Shown: positions 51,663 through 60,273 of the stretch, piece by piece
How the letters are laid out: each line of letters begins with the position of its first letter
Position numbering within the stretch: the first letter of the stretch is position 1
Assembly (NCBI RefSeq): GCF_003044305.1
Contig: NZ_PZOX01000005.1
Coordinates: forward strand, 323,493 to 387,492
DNA length: 64,000 nucleotides
Direction of reading: 5' to 3'
DNA from: Vitiosangium sp. GDMCC 1.1324
GTDB lineage: Bacteria > Myxococcota > Myxococcia > Myxococcales > Myxococcaceae
Position numbers and translations under genes: made by a program
The notes under the pieces: model-generated
What the model was told of the DNA's origin: nothing
Seen by the model: the letters and a program-made list of their open reading frames with translations, nothing else
Database searches by the model: none

Positions 51663-53630
51663 ATGCGACGTCTGGGGTGGGTGTGGCCGTGCGCACTGCT
51701 GCTCGCCGGCTGTCCGAGCAGCTGCTCCAACAAGGGCTCCGAGGCACCGGACGCGGGTCCGGTCGTCACGGGGCCCGAGCAGCTCAACGAGAAGGAGCCC
51801 AACGACCGGCCCGAGCAGGCCCCCACCCTCGCGAGGGACGCGACGGTGAGCGCCAGCCTGGGGGCGGATCCGTCCAAACCCGACGAGGACTGGTACCGGC
51901 TCGCGCCCGACAGCCCGCGAGTGGCGGACGTCACCGTCTCCGGCATTCCCGGCGGGAACGTGGTGCTGGAGGTGTTCGACGCTCCCGGCGTGCGCAGCGC
52001 CAGCATCAACAGCGAGGGGGACGGCAAGCCGGAGCGCTTCCCCAACCTCTATGTCGAGCGCGAGCGCTGGGTGCGCGTGGCCTCGGCGCGCAAGGGCACG
52101 GGCGGCGCGTATACGCTCGAGGTGCGCTACCACGTGCCCGAGGACGGTGTGGAGCGCGAGCCCAATGACCGGGCCGTGGACGCCACGCCGATGCAGCTCG
52201 GACAGGCGGTAGCGGGGTTCCTCGGCCATGCGGGCGACGAGGACTGGTATCGGCTGGAGCTGCCCGAGCCGGCCGGTAGCACTCCCTCGGAGCCTGGAAC
52301 GGCTCCGGACTCGGGTGGGGCCACCGGTGCCGCGCCCTCCACCGAGCAGCCCCCTACGGGCCAGCCCCCCGAGGGGACCGGCACCCCACCTCCCCCTCCT
52401 GGTTCCTCCGAGACGGCCCCCGCCACGCCTCCCGAGGAAACGGCCAACGCCCCCACGGGCGAGGGCAACCCGGCCGGCACGGGCACGCAGCCGCAGCCGG
52501 GGGGCTCACCACAATTCCAGGTTCCCGTGCCCGTCCCGGGCCAGGGCCTGCAGGCGCCCCCTCCCGAGGAGCCTCCCGCGGTGGCGCTGAAAATTGAACT
52601 CACCGGCATCGAGGGCGTGCGTCCGGAGCTGTCGGTCCTGTCGGCGGCGGAGGCGCCCCTGTTCACCACCCCCAAGGGCAAGGAGGGCGAGGGCTTCTCG
52701 CTGCGCAACATCGGCGTGCGCTCGAGCGATCGCGTCGTGTACCTGGTGGTGAAGAGCGGCTGGACGGGGACGGGCAAGGACGCGAAGCGGGGCTTCAACT
52801 CGGAGAAGCCCTACACGCTCACGGTGTCCTTGGAGGAGGCCGGGGCGAACGCGGAGCTCGAGCCCAACGACGAGCTGTACAAGGCCACGCCCCTGCCGGT
52901 GTCCGGCTTCAAGGAGGGCTTCCTGTCGCCCAAGGGGGACATCGACAACTTCGTCCTGAAGACGACGGAGCCGGTGCTGGCCAAGGTGGAGGTGTCCGGT
53001 GTGGAGCGCGTGGACCTGGAACTGTCGGTGGTGCAGCCCCCCGAGGGCGAGGGCCAGAAGGAGACGGTGCTCCAGCGGGCCAACGACGGCGCCATCAAGG
53101 AGCCCGAGCGCCTCAACAACGTGGCGTGCAGTGGCACCTGCTACTTCCGGGTGCAGGGAGCGGCGCGCAAGGTGGAGGGCAAGTGGGTGCGCGACTACGA
53201 GAACGCGGAGCAGCCCTACCGGCTGACCATCACCACCGTGCCCGACGATGGCAGCCAGGAGCGCGAGCCCAACAACACCCCCGACCGCGCCACGGAGCTC
53301 ACCCCTGGCAAGGCGGTGCGCGGCACCATCTATCCACTCAAGGACGTGGACTACTACCGATTGGACCTGTCGGACCGGCCCGTGCGCACTCCGCTCAAGG
53401 CCACCCTGCTGGGCATCCTCAAGGTGGACGTGGGGCTGTACCTGCACCGCCTGGGCGAGGACGGAAAGCTGGCGCTCGTGCAGACGTCCGATCGCGCCAA
53501 GGGAGATCAGCCCGAGGTCATCCGCTACAGCGCCGAGCCGGGCGTCTACATCCTCGAGGTCCGCGACGCGCGCAACCGCGAGGCGAACTTCCAGGATGCC
53601 TACCAGCTCACTGTCGAGGAGGGCGAATAG
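51663..53630 (+). CDS. secreted lipoprotein with four PPC (pre-peptidase C-terminal)-like domains and a Pro/Thr-rich linker
   Basis: Lipobox (LLLAGC). Four repeats of E.EPND...DA..L..G..V.G.L....D.DWYRL. 100-aa P/T/G-rich linker at residues ~200-300. Confidence 0.7.
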   Translation: MRRLGWVWPCALLLAGCPSSCSNKGSEAPDAGPVVTGPEQLNEKEPNDRPEQAPTLARDATVSASLGADPSKPDEDWYRLAPDSPRVADVTVSGIPGGNVVLEVFDAPGVRSASINSEGDGKPERFPNLYVERERWVRVASARKGTGGAYTLEVRYHVPEDGVEREPNDRAVDATPMQLGQAVAGFLGHAGDEDWYRLELPEPAGSTPSEPGTAPDSGGATGAAPSTEQPPTGQPPEGTGTPPPPPGSSETAPATPPEETANAPTGEGNPAGTGTQPQPGGSPQFQVPVPVPGQGLQAPPPEEPPAVALKIELTGIEGVRPELSVLSAAEAPLFTTPKGKEGEGFSLRNIGVRSSDRVVYLVVKSGWTGTGKDAKRGFNSEKPYTLTVSLEEAGANAELEPNDELYKATPLPVSGFKEGFLSPKGDIDNFVLKTTEPVLAKVEVSGVERVDLELSVVQPPEGEGQKETVLQRANDGAIKEPERLNNVACSGTCYFRVQGAARKVEGKWVRDYENAEQPYRLTITTVPDDGSQEREPNNTPDRATELTPGKAVRGTIYPLKDVDYYRLDLSDRPVRTPLKATLLGILKVDVGLYLHRLGEDGKLALVQTSDRAKGDQPEVIRYSAEPGVYILEVRDARNREANFQDAYQLTVEEGE

Positions 53631-53649
53631 CCCCCCGCGATACTTCTCG

Positions 53650-53678
53650 TTGACAAGCAGCGCTCAGCTCCCTACTTT
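53650..53678 (+). promoter_or_regulatory. putative sigma-70 promoter of tRNA-Gly (TTGACA-N17-TACTTT)
   Basis: -35 consensus hexamer and a 4/6 -10 match ending 16 nt before the tRNA 5' end. Confidence 0.4.
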
Positions 53679-53693
53679 GCGCCTGCTTGCGAC

Positions 53694-53766
53694 GCGGTGG
53701 TAGCTCAGTTGGTAGAGCACGAGCTTCCCAAGCTCGGGGTCGAGGGTTCGAATCCCTTCCGCCGCT
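53694..53766 (+). tRNA. tRNA-Gly (anticodon CCC)
   Basis: Cloverleaf with acceptor GCGGTGG/CCGCCGC (one G-U pair). D-arm GCTC-AGTTGGTA-GAGC. Anticodon loop TTCCCAA. T-arm GAGGG-TTCGAAT-CCCTT. Discriminator U. 73 nt. Confidence 0.85.
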
Positions 53767-53771
53767 CACTT

Positions 53772-53813
53772 GAGGCCGACAGTTTCCGGGTCAACCCGGG
53801 GATTGTCGGCCTC
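53772..53813 (+). terminator. intrinsic terminator after tRNA-Gly (GAGGCCGACA ... TGTCGGCCTC, then TTCCTTTT)
   Basis: Perfect 10-bp outer stem with a nested CCGGGTCAACCCGG hairpin, followed by a T-rich run. Confidence 0.65.
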
Positions 53814-53869
53814 TTCCTTTTCCGGCCCTCGAAGGAATTTTCCCGCGCGACCGGCTGTGCAGACTGCGC

Positions 53870-54874
53870 GTGAGCTCATTCCGTACCCGCCTGCCCCTCG
53901 GCCGTTCCGCCATCCTCTTCCTGGTCGCCGCCCTGCTCCTCCTGGCGCAGTACGCCATGGCGGCCACCCCTGCATCCGAAGCCATGGGGGGTAGCGCCGG
54001 GCAAAGCGTTCCTCGCGTGGAGCTGCTCTCCCGTGGGTTCAGCGGCGCCCTGCGTGCCGTCGTCGTGCCGCCGGGCGAGTCGCTCCAACCGTACCTCTCC
54101 GTCCGAGAGAGCTCGAAAGAGGCGCGTTGGTTCTCGCTGGGCTCCGGCCTGCAGGCCCCCGCCACTGTGTCCAACGAAGGACTGAAGGCACCGGACCAGC
54201 CGGGTATCTGGACGCTCGATTCCGCGCAGCCCGGCCTGGACGCTGCCCTGCACGCCGTCATCACCCCTGTCCACTTCGACGGCTCGAAGACCCACCTCAA
54301 CGGCTACCACATCGGTCGCTGGCCGGCCCGCGCCGCCGGCCGCACCGGCCGCTACGCCCCACCCGAGCTCTTCATCGAGGTGACGCCTCGGAACCAGGAC
54401 TTCGCCGTCTCCGAGCACTTCCGCCTCCGGAACTTCCTCACCAAGGACCAGGCCGACGTCTGGCCCAAGTACCTCGTGCTCGATCTGCGGCTGGTGGACA
54501 AGCTGGAGCTCGTGATCCAGGAGCTGCGCACCCTGGGCCATCCGGCGAAGGGACTCCACGTGATGAGCGGCTTCCGCACGCCCCAGTACAACGGGCCCGG
54601 CGAGAACGGCCGCGCGAAGTTCAGCCGCCACACCTATGGCGACGCGGCGGACGTCTGGCTCGATGATGACGGCGACGGGCAGATGGATGACCTCGATGGC
54701 AATGGGCGCATCGACGCGAAGGACGCCGAGGTGCTCGCCCAGGTTGTCGAGCGCGTGGAGCAACGTGTGCCCGCCCTGACCGGTGGCTGCGGGCTCTACC
54801 GCGCCAACCCGGCGCACGGGCCCTTCGTGCACATCGACGTGCGCGGCACTCCGGCCCGCTGGACCCGGCGCTAA
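53870..54874 (+). CDS. secreted peptidase M15 family protein (DUF882 / YcbK-MepK-like murein endopeptidase)
   Basis: Signal peptide. M15 metal-ligand region (HVMSGFRTPQYN...FSRHTYGDAADV...HGPFVHIDVR). Confidence 0.75.
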   Translation: MSSFRTRLPLGRSAILFLVAALLLLAQYAMAATPASEAMGGSAGQSVPRVELLSRGFSGALRAVVVPPGESLQPYLSVRESSKEARWFSLGSGLQAPATVSNEGLKAPDQPGIWTLDSAQPGLDAALHAVITPVHFDGSKTHLNGYHIGRWPARAAGRTGRYAPPELFIEVTPRNQDFAVSEHFRLRNFLTKDQADVWPKYLVLDLRLVDKLELVIQELRTLGHPAKGLHVMSGFRTPQYNGPGENGRAKFSRHTYGDAADVWLDDDGDGQMDDLDGNGRIDAKDAEVLAQVVERVEQRVPALTGGCGLYRANPAHGPFVHIDVRGTPARWTRR

Positions 54875-56622
54875 CCGCGCATTCCGCTCGAGGACGGAGG
54901 CTCACCCACCCGGGGCGGCGAATTCACCGCCAGCGCCTGCAACACCACTTCGTCCTGCTCGTAGATGTCCGGCCGGAACCCGACCCAGCCCTCCGTGTCC
55001 ACGAAGGCCGTCCAGTAGAGCAGGTACACGGGGATCGGCGAGGGCAGTTCCACCCGCCTCGGCTCGCCACCCACCTTCATCTCGGCCGCCAGAGCGGCCT
55101 CCGACCAACCCTCGTGGCCCCGCAGCATGAAGTCCGCGAGCTTCGCCGGCTCCGCCACCCGGACGCAGCCGTGGCTGAAGGCCCGGTTCGTCTGGGTGAA
55201 GAGCACCGGATTGGGCGTGTCGTGCAGGTAGATGGCGAAGCGGTTGGGGAACATGAACTTCATCTGGCCCAGCGGGTTGGCCTCTCCGGGCGCCTGCGCG
55301 AAGCGGTAGGGCAGCTTTCCGGGTTCCAGCCCATTCCAGTCCACCGACCACGGGTCCACCTCCTCCCCCGTGGTCTTGTCGAGCACCGTCAACCCGAGTG
55401 CCTCGGCCGCGCCCGGATCCTCCCTTAGCTGCGGCAGCACCTCTTCCTCGGTGATGTCCGGGGGCACGTTCCATTCCGGATGGAGCACCAGGTACTTCAC
55501 CTTGTCCTCCAGGACGGGCGTGCTCCAGTCCGGCATCCCGATGATGACGGGCATCCGCAACACCGTCCGGCCCTGCTCCACCGCCTCCAGCTCGAAGGCC
55601 GGAAGGTTCACCATCACGTACTGCGGCCCCAGGTTCCTCGGCATCCAGCGCCAGCGCTCCAGGTTCACCCGGATCTCGCCGATGCGCTCCTCCACCGGAA
55701 CCCGCAGCTCCGCCAACGTCTCCTCACCCACCTTCCCGTCCACCGCCAACCCGTGCCGCCGCTGGAAGGTCTTCACCGCCGCCTCCATTTCCGCGTCATA
55801 GAGATCGTCCGGCGGAGGCATCCGGGGTGGCTCTGGAGCCGCCATCACCGCTCGGACGAGCTTGCCCACCAGCGCCACCGCGCCCACGCCCGGAACCTTC
55901 GCGTAGAGCTGCCGCTCCTCCGGGGCTGGCGGCAGGTCTCCCGTGACACGCAGCCGAGCACGTAACACAGACACCCGCGCCCCCTTCATCCCCCGCCTGA
56001 GCGGCTCGCCCTCCGGCACCAGGGGCCAGCCCCCAGCGGCGTCGATGGCCCGATAGCGAGCGAGTGCCTCGCGGAGTCGCACGAAGCCCTCGTTGCTCGG
56101 GGAGAGATTCCGCAGCGCACCGGCCAGGTCTCCGCTCGCGAGCGACCCTTCCAGCAGCGCCGCGAGCGCCACGGGCCCCGGTAGCTTCGTCCTCCACCGG
56201 ATGAGCCGCGAGGACACCTCGCCGGACAGGAGATGCGAGGCGTAGGAGAGAAAGCTCGACGTCAACCCGAGCTCCATCCCCACCCACGCGTCCTCCGGCG
56301 CGCCACCCAGCGTCAGCCGGCGCAAGGACGCCTCGAGCTCCGAGCGGTGGTAACGCTCCGGCGACAGGCCCTCCGTCTCCGCCTCGCTAAGCGCCGTGAG
56401 GTACTGCTCCACCTGGGGCCGCACCGAGCCGTCATAGGAGAACCACGCGGGCTGGAAGCCCCGCGACTCGTAGAAGCGCAGCAGGGCCCTGGCAGTCTCC
56501 CGGGGCTCCATCTCCACCCGGGCCCGTACTGAGGACTCAAAGGAGGGAGGCATACCTCCTCCCGCGGCGAGAGCGGGCATCCCAACGAGCAAGCACCACA
56601 GGAGGACGAGCCAGGGCCTCAT
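54871..56622 (-). CDS. L,D-transpeptidase (YcbB/LdtD family, YkuD catalytic domain)
   Basis: Signal peptide (MRPWLVLLWCLLVGMPALAAGG). Catalytic FSHGCVRV motif. Large N-terminal scaffold domain. Convergent with the M15 gene, overlapping by 4 nt. Confidence 0.8.
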   Translation of the reverse strand: MRPWLVLLWCLLVGMPALAAGGGMPPSFESSVRARVEMEPRETARALLRFYESRGFQPAWFSYDGSVRPQVEQYLTALSEAETEGLSPERYHRSELEASLRRLTLGGAPEDAWVGMELGLTSSFLSYASHLLSGEVSSRLIRWRTKLPGPVALAALLEGSLASGDLAGALRNLSPSNEGFVRLREALARYRAIDAAGGWPLVPEGEPLRRGMKGARVSVLRARLRVTGDLPPAPEERQLYAKVPGVGAVALVGKLVRAVMAAPEPPRMPPPDDLYDAEMEAAVKTFQRRHGLAVDGKVGEETLAELRVPVEERIGEIRVNLERWRWMPRNLGPQYVMVNLPAFELEAVEQGRTVLRMPVIIGMPDWSTPVLEDKVKYLVLHPEWNVPPDITEEEVLPQLREDPGAAEALGLTVLDKTTGEEVDPWSVDWNGLEPGKLPYRFAQAPGEANPLGQMKFMFPNRFAIYLHDTPNPVLFTQTNRAFSHGCVRVAEPAKLADFMLRGHEGWSEAALAAEMKVGGEPRRVELPSPIPVYLLYWTAFVDTEGWVGFRPDIYEQDEVVLQALAVNSPPRVGEPPSSSGMRG

Positions 56623-56757
56623 GGGACGACGGTAGGCATCCCCGGAGTGCGAGGCAGGCGAGCAGGCCCGCCCGCCCGCTCTCTTGACCGTTCAGGTATG
56701 GAGCCACCTGACCAATCAAACCTTGACTGAACGTCCTTTCAGCCCCACCCTGGGAGT

Positions 56758-57798
56758 GTGAAACCCCGCCCCGTCTCCAACCCGCCCAACCCTTGGGACA
56801 CCACCGCGGTGGAGTACCTGGAGGAGATTCCTCCCGCGAAGTTGGAGGTCCTGGAGGACCACAGCCGCGAGGTGCTCGGGCGCAACGACAGCCCGGACGT
56901 GGGCTTCACCTGGAGCGTCAACCCGTACCGGGGCTGCCTCCATGCGTGCGCGTACTGCTATGCCCGGCCCTACCACGAGTACCTCGGATTCGGAGCCGGC
57001 ACGGACTTCGAGACGAAGCTGGTGGTGAAGCCGCGCGCCGCGGAGCTGCTGCGCGCGGCCTTCGAGCGCAAGAGCTGGAAGGGAGAGACGGTCGCGTTCA
57101 GCGGCGTGACCGATTGCTATCAGCCGCTCGAGGCCTCGCTGCGGCTCACCCGGGCATGCCTGGAGGTGTGCGCCGAGTACCGCAACCCGGTGGGCATCAT
57201 CACCAAGGGGCCGCTCATCGAGCGGGACCTGGACGTACTGCAGACGCTCGCACAGGAGGCCCGGCTGTCGGTGTGCATCACCCTGCCCTTCCACGACGAG
57301 CAGGTGGCACGCGCCATGGAGCCGTACGTCGCCACACCCCGGAGGCGGCTGCAGACCATCGAGCGGCTGGCCGCCGCGGGCATCACCGTGGGAGTGGCGG
57401 TGGCCCCCGTCATCCCCGGACTCAACGACGAGGACATGGTGCGAGTCCTCACGGCGGCGCGAGAGGCCGGAGCCACCCGGGCCTTCTACACGCTGCTGCG
57501 ACTTCCCGGCCCGGTGCAGAACGTCTTCGAGGAGCGCCTGCGCGAGAAGCTCCCCCTGCGGGCCGAGCGAGTGCTGCACCGCATCCGCGAGACGCGAGGG
57601 GGCGAGCTCAACGACGCGCGTTTCCGCGTCCGCATGCGCGGCGAGGGCCTCTACGCGGACACCATCCGCAAGCTCTTCGAGACCACCGTGCGCCGAGTGG
57701 GGTTGAACACCGCGTGGCCCATGGACGAGACGGAGAAGGAGAAGGAGAGCCCCTTCCGCCGCCCCATGAAGCCGGGCACGCAGCTCAGTTTCTTCTGA
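56758..57798 (+). CDS. radical SAM protein (PA0069/SplB-like, DNA-repair-photolyase-related family)
   Basis: CLHACAYCY (CxxxCxxC) near the N-terminus. GTG start. Confidence 0.75.
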   Translation: MKPRPVSNPPNPWDTTAVEYLEEIPPAKLEVLEDHSREVLGRNDSPDVGFTWSVNPYRGCLHACAYCYARPYHEYLGFGAGTDFETKLVVKPRAAELLRAAFERKSWKGETVAFSGVTDCYQPLEASLRLTRACLEVCAEYRNPVGIITKGPLIERDLDVLQTLAQEARLSVCITLPFHDEQVARAMEPYVATPRRRLQTIERLAAAGITVGVAVAPVIPGLNDEDMVRVLTAAREAGATRAFYTLLRLPGPVQNVFEERLREKLPLRAERVLHRIRETRGGELNDARFRVRMRGEGLYADTIRKLFETTVRRVGLNTAWPMDETEKEKESPFRRPMKPGTQLSFF

Positions 57799-58041
57799 GC
57801 GCCAACCATTCGAGTTCCAGAGCAAGGTCCGACGGCACCGGGCACCGGGTGGGATGATGTGCGCCAGCTGTCTCAGGCGTGTACGGCCGTCCAAGAGGCA
57901 AGACACTCTAGGAGGGGCAGGAGACCCTCGACCGGGGCCTTGGAGCCAGGGAGGGGCTTGACGAGACCCGACTGGCACGGCGAGTGCTTTCCCCGCCGAC
58001 CGCACGCACAGCATCAATACGCCGTGCATCGAGCGAAACCC

Positions 58042-60171
58042 ATGCACCGACGACTTCTCAAGACCCTTCTACCTCTCTGCATCCTGGGCAGCCCTGCCTG
58101 CATCGATGTCCCCGACATCGACACGCCCGGCCAGACGGTCGGCAACTTCTCGCTGTCCATCGACCCGAGCCAGACCAGTGTCTTCCAAGGAGGGAGCCGC
58201 GGCATCCAGCTCACGCTCACCCGTACGGGCGGCTTCACCGACAGCGTCACGGTCGAACTGCACAATCCTCCAGCCGGCATCAGTGCTCAGCCCGTCACGA
58301 TCGACGCGGGAAGCACCTCCGCCACGCTGACTGTCTCCGCCAGCGGCAGCGCCGAGCCCGGCCCCAAGACACTCACCGTGCGAGGCAGCTCGGGGACACT
58401 CATCCTGGACGTCTCCGTGACGCTCACGGTGGCGCGGCAGGGGGACATCCTCGTGCAGTGGGCGAGCCCCACCCAGTCCAAGGCATACGCGAAGGACTCC
58501 ATCCAGGTGCAGGTGGTGGTCGAGGGCGGCACGGCGGATTCCATCGACCTGTACAAGGGGACTCAGTTCCTGACGCGCCTGTCAGGGCCCTCGTACCAGT
58601 ACACGTGGGACACCAGCCAGGAGACGGAGGGAGAGTACCCGCTCACGGCTCGCGCCACGGTGGGAGGCAAAACCTTCGACAGTGCGATTCGCACCATCGC
58701 GGTCGACCACACGGCGCCCAAGGTGGCTACGCGGACTCCGACCGCCGGAGCCACTTCTGTCTCCGTCCGAGACACCATCCAGGTGAGCTTCGATGAAGCG
58801 CTGAAGGCCGCCTCGGTGACCGATGCATCCGTGGTGCTGAGCACTCCGAGCGCGTCGAACATCGCCAAGACGCTCTCACTGTCGGCGGATGGGAAGACGC
58901 TGACGATCAGCCCTACGGCACCACTGGCGTTGCCGGCCGATGTCACCATCAGCATGGGCACGGGCACGGCACCGCTGACGGATCTGGCAGGCAACGCGCT
59001 GGCGTCCTCGTCAGCCTGGAGTTTCACGGTTCCTGCCTGGCTGCCACTGGGAGGAGCCATCAGCGCAGTCCCTGACAACACTCCCGCCGAAAACGTAGCC
59101 ATGAAGGTCGGTACAGACGGAAACCCCGTGATTGCCTGGTCCGAATCCAACGGGGCGACGAAGAATATCTACGTCAGGCGCTGGACGGGCACGAACTGGG
59201 TGGACCTCGGAAGCACGATGAGCGCGGTAGCAGATACGGGCACACATTCAGACATGCCTGCGATTGCCCTGGACGCTTCGAACCGGCCCATCGTGGTGTG
59301 GCAGGAACTCACGACCACCTCCGGCCCCACCAACCTGTACGGAAGACAGTGGACTGGCTCAACTTGGGAGGCCCTTCCTGAAATCCCGGCCACCACAGGT
59401 TCTGACACCAGGCGCTACGAACCTTACGTCGCTTTTGACAGCACAGGCAACCTGGTCATCTCCGCATCCTACTATAATGGTGCCGGCTTTCAGGCACTCG
59501 CCTTCAAACTCGACGCCACCACCAACACATGGGCCGACGTCTCGCCTCCCAAGCCGAGCGATCTAATCCAGCCCAGCAATCCTGTCCTGGCTATGGATGG
59601 CACAGGCAACTGGTTTATCGCCTATGACGCCTACTCGGAAGCCTTGAGCCAGCGAGGCATTGTTGTACAAAAAAGAGACTCTTACGGCGCCTGGTCTCCA
59701 CAGATGGGCAGTACAGTCACCAGCCCATCAAAGAACATCGGGTACCAAGCTTCACTTACCCTGGATGGAACCGGCTCTCCCTATATTGCATGGAAAGAGA
59801 CCCCGGCGTGGGATAGCACGAACAACTCCATCTATGCCGCGTTCTGGAATGGATCGTCCTGGCAGATGATTGGCAGCAGTGTCAGCGGCAGCACAACCGC
59901 AAACTCGTTCCCCTCCATCATCATGGGCAGTGATGGACGTCCGCTCATCGCATGGAGTGGCTATGCCGCCCCCGAGACCTCCATCTGGGTGAGCCGGTGG
60001 AATGGCACCACCTGGCAGCCTGTAGGCCCTCGGCTCAGCGCGGAAACAGGCATCAGCACCGCTGGTTTCCAGCCGGCTCTGGCCCTCGACAAGAACGGGC
60101 AGCCCCTGGTCGCCTGGCATGAGTCCGATGGCGCCGTGTCGAACGTCTACGTCTATCGCTACAACTATTAG
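58042..60171 (+). CDS. large secreted (probable lipo)protein with Ig-like N-terminal domains and about 7 C-terminal Trp-rich propeller-like repeats
   Basis: Signal peptide (MHRRLLKTLLPLCILGSPAC). Ig-like segments. Repeats (P)[IV][IV]AW.E....NIYV.RW.G..W..[LV]G (for example NIYVRRWTGTNWVDLG, SIWVSRWNGTTWQPVG). Confidence 0.65.
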   Translation: MHRRLLKTLLPLCILGSPACIDVPDIDTPGQTVGNFSLSIDPSQTSVFQGGSRGIQLTLTRTGGFTDSVTVELHNPPAGISAQPVTIDAGSTSATLTVSASGSAEPGPKTLTVRGSSGTLILDVSVTLTVARQGDILVQWASPTQSKAYAKDSIQVQVVVEGGTADSIDLYKGTQFLTRLSGPSYQYTWDTSQETEGEYPLTARATVGGKTFDSAIRTIAVDHTAPKVATRTPTAGATSVSVRDTIQVSFDEALKAASVTDASVVLSTPSASNIAKTLSLSADGKTLTISPTAPLALPADVTISMGTGTAPLTDLAGNALASSSAWSFTVPAWLPLGGAISAVPDNTPAENVAMKVGTDGNPVIAWSESNGATKNIYVRRWTGTNWVDLGSTMSAVADTGTHSDMPAIALDASNRPIVVWQELTTTSGPTNLYGRQWTGSTWEALPEIPATTGSDTRRYEPYVAFDSTGNLVISASYYNGAGFQALAFKLDATTNTWADVSPPKPSDLIQPSNPVLAMDGTGNWFIAYDAYSEALSQRGIVVQKRDSYGAWSPQMGSTVTSPSKNIGYQASLTLDGTGSPYIAWKETPAWDSTNNSIYAAFWNGSSWQMIGSSVSGSTTANSFPSIIMGSDGRPLIAWSGYAAPETSIWVSRWNGTTWQPVGPRLSAETGISTAGFQPALALDKNGQPLVAWHESDGAVSNVYVYRYNY

Positions 60172-60212
60172 CCTCGACGGCGTGCGCCTGAGCGAGTGCT
60201 TTGAATAGAAGA

Positions 60213-60242
60213 AGGGCCGTGCCCGGTTGCAGGCACGGCCCT
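60213..60242. terminator. bidirectional hairpin between convergent genes (AGGGCCGTGCC-N8-GGCACGGCCCT)
   Basis: Perfect 11-bp stem between the 60171 stop and the 60274 stop. Confidence 0.55.
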
Positions 60243-60273
60243 CGTCTTCAACTCCGCGGCTCCGCTCGAATCG

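Noticed and set aside
53767-57798. Possible genomic island or integration event 3' of tRNA-Gly
   Set aside because: No integrase, direct repeat of the tRNA 3' end or mobile genes. The downstream genes are peptidoglycan and housekeeping-type.
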